Source: Candidatus Thiodiazotropha sp. (GTDB lineage: Bacteria > Pseudomonadota > Gammaproteobacteria > Chromatiales > Chromatiaceae). Taken from it: a DNA stretch of 64,000 nt. The notes beneath the pieces are model-generated. The model saw only the letters and a list, made by a program, of their open reading frames with translations. It was not told where the DNA came from and ran no database searches. The DNA lies in contig JBNKJP010000067.1 of NCBI GenBank assembly GCA_050291245.1, forward strand, positions 31,636 through 95,635, in the 5' to 3' direction. Positions 47,433 through 57,221 of this stretch are shown here, piece by piece (position 1 is the first letter of the stretch; every line of letters begins with the position of its first letter). A program made the position numbers and the translations under genes.

Positions 47433-48224
47433 ATGACACAGACATTCGACATCCCGCGCCTCATCGAGCTACGTAAACTCACCCGGTCGATTTCTGACAG
47501 TCTTCAATCCCAGCTCAAGACCTATCTTTCGACACTGGCCCCCCTGTTCTCTCCCATACCCCAGTTGGGGGAACATGTGCGCGGAGGACCGAAATCATTA
47601 GTCAAAGGCGCGGAAAAAAACTTCCAGGAGCTCAGGAACCACTATCACGCGATTGTTCGCCAGGCGCCATTTTCCCTGGACACGGAACTGAGCTCTCCAC
47701 TCGATGTGTTCGCCGCAACCCCGGCACTGACTCCGGTCGAATATACCTACACGGCGGATCAAGATGGGCGAACAACACAGCTGCGGGTGACCTCACCCCT
47801 GAAATGGGTACTCTCCTATCCGGAAACACAACCGAAGAAACTGTTGGAACTACTCAAAGGCAACAGAAGCCAAGTGAGAGAAGAGTTGTCCCATGCGCTT
47901 TTGCAATGCATGACACTGAACCTGGTGCTTGAAAAACAACCCGGTCTCTCGGCACTCCTCAGCGATTTGCGATTCAGCATCGAAACCACTCAGGTCGACG
48001 GGTTGGGCTCACTTCCGGTCATCCTGGTATCCTGCCCCATCGCAACATTGCTACCTCCGGATGACATTATCGTCCAGAGTACCGAGATCTCCGGCATTCC
48101 CTCCTTCGAGGAGGTCATCGATATCGAGGACATTCGTAATCTGTCCGATCCCCTCAGAGAGCGAATCCTGGACATCACCCGGGAGACCTCACCAGCTATC
48201 CAACAGGAGATCGCTGCAGGTTGA
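47433..48224 (+). CDS. Conserved hypothetical protein, 263 aa
   Basis: Long clean ORF with a GGA RBS and globular composition; no motif recognised. Confidence 0.7.
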   Translation: MTQTFDIPRLIELRKLTRSISDSLQSQLKTYLSTLAPLFSPIPQLGEHVRGGPKSLVKGAEKNFQELRNHYHAIVRQAPFSLDTELSSPLDVFAATPALTPVEYTYTADQDGRTTQLRVTSPLKWVLSYPETQPKKLLELLKGNRSQVREELSHALLQCMTLNLVLEKQPGLSALLSDLRFSIETTQVDGLGSLPVILVSCPIATLLPPDDIIVQSTEISGIPSFEEVIDIEDIRNLSDPLRERILDITRETSPAIQQEIAAG

Positions 48225-48475
48225 GTGGCTTCAATCCAATAGCGACTATTAAGAAAAACAAGGTTTTACTCACACCCGCTTGCCCTTAAACTCTTACCGC
48301 ACGAGTCCCGTTCCATGCCGTCAGTCCATGCTGGCAAATGATTGTAATCTGTCTCTATCGACTATCAGTCTCACCAGTAGGACGATAACCGCACATACTA
48401 GGGTACCGATTTTCTGAAAACCAAAACGGCGTTTACATCAAAAAACCAAGATTCAACCACAATGAGGAGAGATTC

Positions 48476-48976
48476 ATGGCCACTATCACACTCGAAGGTC
48501 AACCCATCCACACCAACGGCGAACTGCCCGCTATCGGCTCCACCGCACCGGGTTTTACCCTCACCGCGGGGGACCTGTCCGACGCCACTCTGGACAGTTA
48601 TAGCGGGAAAAAGAAGCTATTGAACATTGTTCCAAGTCTCGATACCGGAGTCTGCGCAACCTCGACCGTCACCTTCAACAAGGCCATGGGGGATAAAGCC
48701 AATTCCGTGGCATTGGTGATTTCCGCGGATCTGCCCTTTGCCCAGGGTCGTTTCTGCAGTGCGGAAGGTATCGACAATGTGATTTCCCTGTCAATGATGC
48801 GAAATCGCAACTTTGCAAAAGACTATGGAGTCCTCATCGATGACGGCCCATTAGCGGGTATCTGCGCCCGTGCCGTGGTCGTGCTGGATGAGAACAACCA
48901 GGTTGTTTACACCCAGCTGGTACCGGAAATCGTTCAGGAACCGGACTATGAAGCGGCTCTGGCTCATCTGAGCTGA
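48476..48976 (+). CDS. tpx: Thiol peroxidase Tpx
   Basis: LNIVPSLDTGVCA; SADLPFAQGRFC; EPDY. Confidence 0.95.
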   Translation: MATITLEGQPIHTNGELPAIGSTAPGFTLTAGDLSDATLDSYSGKKKLLNIVPSLDTGVCATSTVTFNKAMGDKANSVALVISADLPFAQGRFCSAEGIDNVISLSMMRNRNFAKDYGVLIDDGPLAGICARAVVVLDENNQVVYTQLVPEIVQEPDYEAALAHLS

Positions 48977-49197
48977 GACCGATAAACACAGACCTGTGGT
49001 ATCCTGGCTCCAGCGGGGTCAGGATGCCAGGAATTTCACTAAGAATCGTCTTTGGATAAGATATTCACAGCAGGCCGCTGTGAGTGTGTCCCCATCTGAA
49101 CCCAGCAAACCCGTCAGTCATACTGACTTCCTCGCGAAGCCAACCCTCAGGGTGGGTGTACGACCGCGTATAACGGACAAACAAGAATAGCATCCCG

Positions 49198-50151
49198 ATG
49201 TTGAGATTATTCAAAATAGAAGGTGGACTTATCCTGGACATGGGGATACCACCGGAAGAACAGGCCGCCCGTATCGGCGAAGCGGATTGGATCGATGCCC
49301 ACGAACCCGATGATGAGGAACGTCTGCTTCTCCAGCGTCTGTTACGCACTGACATACCCGAATCCGATGATGTGGAGGAAATCGAGGCCTCCGCCCGCTG
49401 CTTTGTCGATCAGGCCGGCATCCATGTCCACTCCCTGTTTCTGGCGCAAACCGAGGGTCGGCACAACTCGGTCTCAGTTGCCTGTATCCTGCAACGGGAT
49501 CGTCTGATCACGATTCGCGAGGATGATCTTGCGGATTTCCGGTTGCTGCGCATGCGTATCCGACGCCGTCAGATCGAAGCACGTTCTCCGGCGGAATTGC
49601 TCGTGACCCTGTTCGAACAGAAGGTCGAGAATCACGCGGATACCCTTGAGGATCTGCACCGTCAGCTGGAGTTAGTGAGTTATCTGGTTCTAGAGGACGA
49701 AGACTCGGACCTGGAGGATGCCATCAGCAAACTGGCCCGATTGGAAGACAGTAACGGAAAGATCCGACTCTGCCTGATGGATACCCAACGGGACATCTCC
49801 TTTTTGCTCAGGCACCTTCGCTCAGAACCGGAACAGTCTGAAACCCTGAGGGAAATCATGCGGGATACGGAAACCCTGATGTCCCACACCACCTTTCTGT
49901 TCGACAAGATCAACTTCCTGATGGACTCCACCCAGGGTTTTATCAACATCGAGCAGAACCAGATCATCAAGATCTTCTCGATCGCCGCCGTGGTATTTCT
50001 GCCACCCACCCTGGTAGCCAGCATTTATGGCATGAATTTCACTCACATGCCGGAACTCGAGTGGCTGTTGGGCTATCCCTGGGCGATTGGCCTGATGATC
50101 ATGTCCGGCATTGCACCCTACTGGTACTTCAAACGAAAGGGCTGGTTGTGA
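49198..50151 (+). CDS. corA: Magnesium/cobalt transporter CorA
   Basis: EIEASAR; INIEQNQIIKIFS; YGMNF signature; GYPWA. Confidence 0.95.
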   Translation: MLRLFKIEGGLILDMGIPPEEQAARIGEADWIDAHEPDDEERLLLQRLLRTDIPESDDVEEIEASARCFVDQAGIHVHSLFLAQTEGRHNSVSVACILQRDRLITIREDDLADFRLLRMRIRRRQIEARSPAELLVTLFEQKVENHADTLEDLHRQLELVSYLVLEDEDSDLEDAISKLARLEDSNGKIRLCLMDTQRDISFLLRHLRSEPEQSETLREIMRDTETLMSHTTFLFDKINFLMDSTQGFINIEQNQIIKIFSIAAVVFLPPTLVASIYGMNFTHMPELEWLLGYPWAIGLMIMSGIAPYWYFKRKGWL

Positions 50152-50200
50152 GGCCGGTGAATCCCGCGATACAGATCGCAATCGCGCCGTCAGGCAGGCC

Positions 50201-50263
50201 GGATCCCGGCATACGCCGGGATGACGGTAGTTTTTATCTCGTTCCCACGCAGAGCGTGGGAAC
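50201..50263. repeat. Composite REP-like element (GGATCCCGGC..GCCGGGATGAC plus TCGTTCCCACG..CGTGGGAAC)
   Basis: Two palindromes from different families; the same combination occurs inverted at 63911-63980. Confidence 0.75.
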
Positions 50264-50432
50264 AAGTCAACTCGATGAATAGTACAGAATCTGTGACGGG
50301 ATGCGCTAGTGTAGTGTCCTATACTGCTTTAGGAAATCAGCGTGCCGAGAAGCCGTCCTATGCAAGGCGTCCTGCGCAGGAAATGGCGCGCCCTTTTCAA
50401 GCAGGACAACGCAGCAGGCTGTCTACGGAAAA

Positions 50433-51629
50433 CTATCGGTAGTAACCGCCTGGATAACCTTGCTGATAAGCAGGCGGCGCATAGGGTGCATAGCCCGGAC
50501 CCGGACGTCCGTACCAGACCGGCGGTGGTGGGGGCGCCATGGCATCCTGCAGATCACGTTCCGCCTGAACCCGGTTCTTGGTGGCTTCCATCTCGACCTG
50601 AGCCGCCTCGCGAAGATCATCGAACTCCTTGAGTATTTTGGTTACCGACTCCTCATGCGCTTCCCGAGCCGCCTGGTGCTGAGCCGCGGCACTCTCAGCG
50701 GGTGAGACGGGTGGTGCAACTGGCTCGACCGGCGCCTTGGCCAGTTCTTCTCCCGCCGCTGCAGCGGGTTCCGGAGAGGTCGCGGATGCGCTGACGGGGG
50801 GAGTGGCTTCGGACGCGGTCTGTGAAGCCGGTGGCTGCTGAGTGAGGACCGTGATAGGGGTTGATTGCATGGCACTAAAGCCCGATGCCGGTTGATTCAC
50901 CTGCCGGGGGGGCTCCTGGAACGACTCACCCCCGGCAGTAGAGGCCGCGGATTCATTCGTGTGCGCCGATTCGGCGGATGAGGGCGCAACCTCGGTTTCC
51001 ACGATCTCGGTAATCGTGACCGTTTCGACCGGCGCCGAATCCGAGGTCCCGGTGACCGGTTCCACGGCGTCGTTCTTGGCCAGGGAACGAATATAAAGGA
51101 AGCCGAGCACGATAATGATCAACCAGAAGATGACCTTTATCCAGAAACCGCTCGAGCTCTTGGTGTCGGTTGACATGGGAGATTCCTCCGAGGTTTTGTT
51201 TTGATCTTCTATTTTTGCTTGTACTACAACGTTTGTAGAGGCCGCCTTGGATTCGAATGATACGACCTTCGATTCCACAGCCGGAGTCTTGGAGGCGGCA
51301 ACCGCCACGGTCGTGGGGGTTGCGGCCTTTGGCGCGGTCGATGCGCTTTCGGCCTTGCTTTCTGCTGCTGTCTTTTCGGATGTTTGCGCCGTCGGTGTAA
51401 CCGGGTGCGATGTTTCCGGCGCTGAAGCCGTCGGTTTGGCCTTTTTCTTGGGTGCGGCCTTTTTGACGCTAGCGGCCTTCTTCGTGACTACCTTCTTTTT
51501 GGCGACTTTCTTCTTCGCGGCTTTCTTGCTGGCGGTTTTCTTTTGCGTGACTTTTTTTGTTACTGTTTGCGAGCCCTCGGCTGCATTGGACTCGGTGCTG
51601 TTGTCGGTCTGATGGGTTTCGTCAGCCAT
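50433..51629 (-). CDS. Hypothetical single-pass membrane protein with a Lys/Ala-rich (histone H1-like) N-terminus and a Pro/Tyr/Gly-rich tail
   Basis: KKAAKKKVAKKK repeats; TM FWIKVIFWLIIIVLGFLYI; tail WYGRPGPGYAPYAPPAYQQGYPGGYYR. Confidence 0.75.
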   Translation of the reverse strand: MADETHQTDNSTESNAAEGSQTVTKKVTQKKTASKKAAKKKVAKKKVVTKKAASVKKAAPKKKAKPTASAPETSHPVTPTAQTSEKTAAESKAESASTAPKAATPTTVAVAASKTPAVESKVVSFESKAASTNVVVQAKIEDQNKTSEESPMSTDTKSSSGFWIKVIFWLIIIVLGFLYIRSLAKNDAVEPVTGTSDSAPVETVTITEIVETEVAPSSAESAHTNESAASTAGGESFQEPPRQVNQPASGFSAMQSTPITVLTQQPPASQTASEATPPVSASATSPEPAAAAGEELAKAPVEPVAPPVSPAESAAAQHQAAREAHEESVTKILKEFDDLREAAQVEMEATKNRVQAERDLQDAMAPPPPPVWYGRPGPGYAPYAPPAYQQGYPGGYYR

Positions 51630-51713
51630 CTTTTCCCCCTTGTGGCATTCGGAATATCACCCGACCATAGTACCCAAAAACCGGACAAGTCAAGAATATT
51701 CCCTGAAGATTAA

Positions 51714-52451
51714 TCAGTTAGCAAGCAGTGCGATGATCAACTGCTTCGCCTGTTCCATCCCGAGAATGAGATGTTTCTCAATTTCCGTCATGGTAATGGG
51801 CGACGCCTGCTTACCGGCTGCCCAATTAGACACCACGGCGCAGGAGGCGTAGCAGAGCTTGAACTCTCTGGCCAGGGCCGCTTCGGGCATGCCGGTCATT
51901 CCCACAATATCACAGCCATCTCGTTCCATGCGAACGATCTCAGCGGCGGTTTCCAGGCGTGGCCCCTGAGTCGCGCCGTAGGTTCCCTGTCCGACACAGG
52001 TCACCCCACTCCCTTGTGCTGCCTCGATCAAGCGCTGCCGCAGATCCTCACAATAAGGATAGGTGAAGTCGATATGGGTGACCTGCTGAAGATCGCTTTC
52101 GTAAATCGTGTGGTCCCTGTCGAAGGTATAGTCGATGATCTGATCCGGCACCACGATACACCCCGGTTTCATCTCCGGGGTAATCCCCCCTACCGCCGCG
52201 ACACCGATCACCAGATCTATTCCCAGGTGGTGCAGCGCCCACATGTTCGCCCGATAATTGACGCGATGCGGCGGAATCGAGTGTGAGGCCCCGTGCCGGG
52301 GTAGAAAAACCACTTCAGTGCCGGCAATCCTGCCGTGGGTAAAGGCCGCGGAGGGATCACCGTACGGTGTATGGGAAACTTCACGATGGGTTATCTCCAG
52401 ATCCGGGATCTTGTCCAGGCCGGTACCACCGATGATGGCTATCTTAGTCAT
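51714..52451 (-). CDS. mtnP: S-methyl-5'-thioinosine/thioadenosine phosphorylase
   Basis: IIGGTG; TPYGDPS; PRHG; VNYRAN; GPRLETAAE; VGMTGMPEA. Confidence 0.9.
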   Translation of the reverse strand: MTKIAIIGGTGLDKIPDLEITHREVSHTPYGDPSAAFTHGRIAGTEVVFLPRHGASHSIPPHRVNYRANMWALHHLGIDLVIGVAAVGGITPEMKPGCIVVPDQIIDYTFDRDHTIYESDLQQVTHIDFTYPYCEDLRQRLIEAAQGSGVTCVGQGTYGATQGPRLETAAEIVRMERDGCDIVGMTGMPEAALAREFKLCYASCAVVSNWAAGKQASPITMTEIEKHLILGMEQAKQLIIALLAN

Positions 52452-52550
52452 GCGTTGTCTTCCCGTACCCTGTATCTGAAACGCGATGCGCTATCCCTGT
52501 AATCCCGCATCACGTAATTAGGATGGATTGCCGCCCATACCCCGGTTGGG

Positions 52551-53156
52551 TCAAAGCAGATCGGCATGACTGGCCAGATATTCAGCCACCCCTTGCGGGT
52601 TGCCCTGCATACCGTCGTCACCCTGTTTCCAGCCCGCAGGACAAACTTCACCATGTTCTTCGGTGAATTGCAGAGCATCGATCATACGCAGCATCTCGTC
52701 GATATTCCGCCCCAGCGGCAGATCGTTGACGATCTGGTGGCGTACGGTGCCCGATTTGTCGATCAGAAACGATCCCCGGAAAGCCACCTTGCCATCGGGA
52801 GTTTCCACGTCGTAGGCCTTGCAGATCCCATGATTGAGGTCAGCCACCAGAGGATATCCGACCGGACCGATACCCCCTTCATTAACCGGCGTATTGCGCC
52901 AGGCGTTATGGGTGAAGTGTGAATCCACGGAACAACCCACCACGACCACCTGACGTTGCTTGAACGCATCGAGCCGATGATGAAATGCAATCAGTTCCGA
53001 AGGACAGACAAAAGTAAAATCCAGCGGGTAGAAAAACAACACCGCATATTGATCTTTGATCGCCTCACTGAAAGTGAAATCATCCACGATAGTTCCGTCA
53101 CCCAGCACCGCCGATGCGGTGAAATCCGGAGCCTCGCGACCGACCAAAACACCCAT
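52551..53156 (-). CDS. 2-Cys peroxiredoxin (AhpC/TsaA family)
   Basis: FYPLDFTFVCPSE and GEVCPAGW. Confidence 0.95.
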   Translation of the reverse strand: MGVLVGREAPDFTASAVLGDGTIVDDFTFSEAIKDQYAVLFFYPLDFTFVCPSELIAFHHRLDAFKQRQVVVVGCSVDSHFTHNAWRNTPVNEGGIGPVGYPLVADLNHGICKAYDVETPDGKVAFRGSFLIDKSGTVRHQIVNDLPLGRNIDEMLRMIDALQFTEEHGEVCPAGWKQGDDGMQGNPQGVAEYLASHADLL

Positions 53157-53273
53157 TGTATACCTCCTATTGCTTTAAATACTTTGAACCCACGGATTCC
53201 GGTTTGAAATTAACCCGAGTCTGATGAAATGAATCCGATACGTATCTTAGAGGGTCTCGTCTGAGGATGCCAC

Positions 53274-53300
53274 GAAAAAAAGGGGGCTAGTAGCCCCCTT
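53274..53300 (-). terminator. Rho-independent terminator after the hemerythrin gene
   Basis: AAGGGGGCTA-C-TAGCCCCCT followed by a T-run on the minus strand. Confidence 0.8.
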
Positions 53301-53323
53301 GCATCTCCTCCACCATTCTGTCA

Positions 53324-53770
53324 CTACACGGCCCGTGCAAAGACCCCGGACTTTTCCAATGTAGGCAACAGGATTGTCTCTTCGCGCTGAATGCGATCTT
53401 CGATCATATCGAAGATTTCGAAGGTATCCGCGATGAAATCATCGCTGAACTTGAAATCACAGTTCTTGAGCCATTTGTTGTGGTATTGCTCGAACTGTTT
53501 GCGCATCGGTTTCTGACCGTTCAGAAACCCCCAGGCCATGGATTTGAGCTTGGGATCCTGATGGGTCAACAGGTCGGGGTAGATACCACGATCCTGTTCA
53601 ACCATGTGGTCCTTCATCTTATCCGCCAGTTCACAAATGAGTTTGTGCGCTGTCATTGCAGTAGGGCGAATGCTCAACTGCTCCTTGGTCATCATGGCTC
53701 TCAAGTCACCGATGATCTCCTGCATCTCGGAATGGCTACCGCGCAGACTTTCCAATGTACTCACTCTCAA
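53324..53770 (-). CDS. Hemerythrin-like domain protein
   Basis: All-helical; H13, DHMVEQDRGIYP and RIQREETILLP resemble the hemerythrin-like HHE pattern; TTG start with AAGGAGG RBS. Confidence 0.7.
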   Translation of the reverse strand: MRVSTLESLRGSHSEMQEIIGDLRAMMTKEQLSIRPTAMTAHKLICELADKMKDHMVEQDRGIYPDLLTHQDPKLKSMAWGFLNGQKPMRKQFEQYHNKWLKNCDFKFSDDFIADTFEIFDMIEDRIQREETILLPTLEKSGVFARAV

Positions 53771-53992
53771 CCCTCCTTAAAGATGGTCCCCCTTCCGCGT
53801 TATTGTTTTTCGGAAGCTCAGGACATGAAGTAATACGCAATGTCGCCCGATCTTCGCCGGGTCGTCTCATGCTCAACATTAGCTTGGCCCATTTGCTTTC
53901 AAATGGCAATAGAGGCTTAATATATAAGTGTTTTCTTAGGAAATTAAGGAGGGATATCCCTACTTGGAAGTCTGCCCTTATTAGGGTTTTCA

Positions 53993-54565
53993 CTAATGAT
54001 CGGGGGACTCGGATGACTCAGAACCCACGGCATAGATCCCGGGCAGATTGCGATAATACTCCATGTAGTCCATGCCAAAACCGAATACATAGCGATCTTC
54101 CACATGCAAACCGATAAAATCTGCATGAAACCCAGTACCTCGGTCGTGTATTTTTTCCACCATGACGGCTGAGTAGACCTCCCGGGCACCCGCATCTCGA
54201 CAGGCCATGACGATGGCCTCAAGTGTTACTCCCTGATCGAGTATGTCGTCGATTACCAGAATGGTCTCTCCATCCAGTGAACTGCTCGGCCGACCAATCC
54301 ATTCCAGTTCCGCACCGGTGATATCGCCACGATAACGGGTGGCATGGACATAGTCCTGTCGCAACGGAAAATGGAGACGGGTTAGCAGATGACCTGCCGG
54401 AATCAAAGCCCCGTTCAACACGCACAGCACCAGGGGGTTTTTGCCTGAGAGTTTTCCGGTGATTTCCAATGCCATGCGGTCAAAGGCTCGCTCCACATCA
54501 GACTGGGAATAGAGCAAGTCGGCAGTTGCCAGTACTTCAGAGGCTTGTTGTGGTGTTATTGCCAT
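53993..54565 (-). CDS. hpt: Hypoxanthine-guanine phosphoribosyltransferase
   Basis: PRPP-binding motif ILVIDDILDQGVT; RYVFGFGMDY; RNLPGIYA. Confidence 0.93.
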   Translation of the reverse strand: MAITPQQASEVLATADLLYSQSDVERAFDRMALEITGKLSGKNPLVLCVLNGALIPAGHLLTRLHFPLRQDYVHATRYRGDITGAELEWIGRPSSSLDGETILVIDDILDQGVTLEAIVMACRDAGAREVYSAVMVEKIHDRGTGFHADFIGLHVEDRYVFGFGMDYMEYYRNLPGIYAVGSESSESPDH

Positions 54566-54607
54566 AAGATCAGTCCCGTATCCTGTTCGGTGTTCGGATT
54601 CAGAGGT

Positions 54608-55657
54608 TCAATCCAAGGGCAGGTCCAGGCTAACGACGCCCTCATCCGGAGTCAGCTGATCGACCGCCTGTTTCCAGCGCGGATCGAGATGGACCTGCTG
54701 CCAGGTGACGGGCTTTCTCCCATGCATACGCACCAGCCGTACATGGGCCGCAGGATCATCATGCTCAGCAAGCCGCTCCAACACCTGATACGCGGCGGGG
54801 CGGTTGTTACAGATCAATACCATATCACAACCCGCCATCAGTGCGGCCTTTGCCCGATCACCGTAGTCGCCTGCCTCCTGGGCAGCGGCCATGTTGAGAT
54901 CATCACTGAAGATCACCCCCTGGAAAGCCAACTGTTTACGGAGTACGGTTTTCAACCAGAACCGGGAGAACCCCGCCAGATCGGGATCGATCCCCTGATA
55001 GATCACATGGGCGGGCATGATCGCCTCCATTCCGGATTGGATCATGTTCTCAAAGGGCCTGAGATCATCCATCTGCAGATCCTCGAAGCGTCGTTGATCC
55101 ACCGGCAGCGCCAGGTGGGAATCCGCCTCCACGCCACCATGACCCGGAAAATGTTTCCCGACCACCGCCATGCCCGCTGAATGACTGCCGTGCATCCAGG
55201 CTTGGGCCAGACGCGAGACGATTTCAGGACGTCTGGAAAAGGCTCGATCACCAATCACCTCGCTGATACCGTGCCCAAGATCCAGAACCGGTGCGAAGCT
55301 GAAATCGATCCCGCAACTGCGCAATTCCATGGCCATCAACCACCCCCCCTGCTCGGCCAGTCGGAGCCCCTTTTCCGGGTGCTTTTCGTACTGTTCACCA
55401 TACCAGGCCGCGGCAGGCAATTGGGTGAATTCCGTGCGAAAACGCTGTACTCGTCCGCCTTCGTGATCCACCGCGATCAGAAGATGCGGGGTTCTCGCCT
55501 CGTGAATCTCCTGGCAGAGCCGGCGCAGCTGCGCCATGGACTCGTAGTTGCGGGTAAACAGAATCACCCCACCCACGGCGGGATGTTTGAGCAGATTGCG
55601 TTCTTCATCCGAGAGCCGGGTTCCTTCCAGATCCAGCATGACCGGACCAAGGCTCAT
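54608..55657 (-). CDS. nagZ: Beta-N-acetylhexosaminidase NagZ (GH3)
   Basis: GGVILFTRN; AVDHEGGRVQR; KHFPGHG; IFSDDL. Confidence 0.96.
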   Translation of the reverse strand: MSLGPVMLDLEGTRLSDEERNLLKHPAVGGVILFTRNYESMAQLRRLCQEIHEARTPHLLIAVDHEGGRVQRFRTEFTQLPAAAWYGEQYEKHPEKGLRLAEQGGWLMAMELRSCGIDFSFAPVLDLGHGISEVIGDRAFSRRPEIVSRLAQAWMHGSHSAGMAVVGKHFPGHGGVEADSHLALPVDQRRFEDLQMDDLRPFENMIQSGMEAIMPAHVIYQGIDPDLAGFSRFWLKTVLRKQLAFQGVIFSDDLNMAAAQEAGDYGDRAKAALMAGCDMVLICNNRPAAYQVLERLAEHDDPAAHVRLVRMHGRKPVTWQQVHLDPRWKQAVDQLTPDEGVVSLDLPLD

Positions 55658-55965
55658 CGACCTGCCCTCTCAAACCGGTGACTCCTGTCAAGTAGGAAGC
55701 CGCCACGAAGTGGATCGGGCAATAGATCGGACATGGTGATTATTCCTGTTCGCTGTTGGATGAACGGTCTTTTGTAATTCAATTGCATAGTGACTGCAAG
55801 AATCGCTTTGCCTACGGCCCTCCGGGCCAGCTTCCAGTCCTTGTGGCCCGCTCATCACAGCGGAAAGGCTATGCATTGAAAATCAAGGTCAAGTGATGGG
55901 GCAAAATGCCGTAAACCTGATAGATCCGGAATTCCTTTTTTTTTGACAGACTGAACGACCCTACC

Positions 55966-56385
55966 ATGCCGATCACAACATTGACCCGATACCTTCTGGC
56001 CTGCCTGCTCTTGATCTCATCCACCCCTCTGTGGTCCGCGGATGAGGAAGAGAAAGAGCCGGAACAACCCAAGGTCATCAGCTACTACCAGATAAAACCG
56101 TCGTTGGTGGCCAATCTGGCCAGTGGCGGTCGCTATATCCGTTGCGATATTCAACTGATGACTTATGATGCAACCTTTCTGGGGACCCTGAACCAGCATG
56201 GTCCGGCCATTCGTCACGCGCTACTGATGCTGTTATCCGAACAGGACGGGGCCAAATTGAAAACCACCGAGGGGAAAGAGGCCTTGCGCAAACAAGCCCT
56301 CTCGGAAATCGGCAAACTGATGCAGTCGCTGGAGAAAAAGAGTGCGGTCGAGGAGCTGTTCTTCACCACCTTTTTTGTTCAATAG
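55966..56385 (+). CDS. fliL: Flagellar basal body-associated FliL family protein (orphan)
   Basis: N-terminal hydrophobic segment; LVANLASG; EGKEALR; ELFFTTFFVQ. Confidence 0.8.
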   Translation: MPITTLTRYLLACLLLISSTPLWSADEEEKEPEQPKVISYYQIKPSLVANLASGGRYIRCDIQLMTYDATFLGTLNQHGPAIRHALLMLLSEQDGAKLKTTEGKEALRKQALSEIGKLMQSLEKKSAVEELFFTTFFVQ

Positions 56386-57221
56386 TGACTTCTCATCCGA
56401 TGATCCAACCGGTCGCGCAGCCGATCACCGATCAGGTTAATTGATAGTACCACCAGCATGATCGCCACGCCCGGGGCGAGTACCATGTGGGGCGCCATCA
56501 GCATGTAACCGGCCCCATCACGGATCATGCTGCCCCAGGAGGCTTGCGGCGGCTGAACGCCCAAACCCAGATAGGAGAGCCCCGCCTCCGCAATCACCGT
56601 TCCCGCCAACCCGAAAGTGGCCTCGACGATCAGGGGCGCCCCCAGCAGGGGCAGGATATGCCGCCCCAGAATCCGCCAGCCCGGTGTGCCCAGGGCGCGA
56701 GCGGCAGTCACATGTTCGCGCTGCTTGAGTGACAATACCTGGCCCCGTGCCAGACGGGCATAACCCACCCACCCCACCACGGACAGGGCGATGATCAGGT
56801 TGTCGATACCCGGTCCCATGACGCCCGCCAGGGCTATGGCCAACAAGATACCGGGAAAGGCGAGAAACACATCGACAATGCGCATCAATACCAGATCCAG
56901 CCAACCGCCCCGATAACCCGCGAGCAATCCCACCAGAGTGCCCACCAGCAGGGAAAGCGATACCACACCCAGGGCCACCACAAAGGAGATCCGGGCTCCG
57001 GACCAGAGCCGGGACAGGATCGAGCGGCCCAGATCGTCGCAACCCAGGAGCGACATCCCTCCGGGGGGAGCAAGAATTTGCTGAAGCTGGATCCGGGCGG
57101 CGTCATCCGCGGCAAGGTTCGCGCTCAGCGCCGCCAGGGCCCACAGCAGAATCGGCAATAGAGGCAGCCAGCGCCGCATCGGTTCACCCATCCAGTCGAA
57201 TCCGCGGATCAACCCAGGCAT
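56379..57221 (-). CDS. Peptide/nickel ABC transporter permease (DppC/OppC-like)
   Basis: LGCDDLGRSI; AARALG..GWRILGRHILP (EAA motif); LSYLGLG; SWGSMI. Confidence 0.93.
   Translation of the reverse strand: MPGLIRGFDWMGEPMRRWLPLLPILLWALAALSANLAADDAARIQLQQILAPPGGMSLLGCDDLGRSILSRLWSGARISFVVALGVVSLSLLVGTLVGLLAGYRGGWLDLVLMRIVDVFLAFPGILLAIALAGVMGPGIDNLIIALSVVGWVGYARLARGQVLSLKQREHVTAARALGTPGWRILGRHILPLLGAPLIVEATFGLAGTVIAEAGLSYLGLGVQPPQASWGSMIRDGAGYMLMAPHMVLAPGVAIMLVVLSINLIGDRLRDRLDHRMRSHY

Noticed and set aside
55654-55734. 26-codon uORF overlapping the nagZ start (ATGA)
   Set aside because: Short, no recognisable features and a modest RBS; likely chance.
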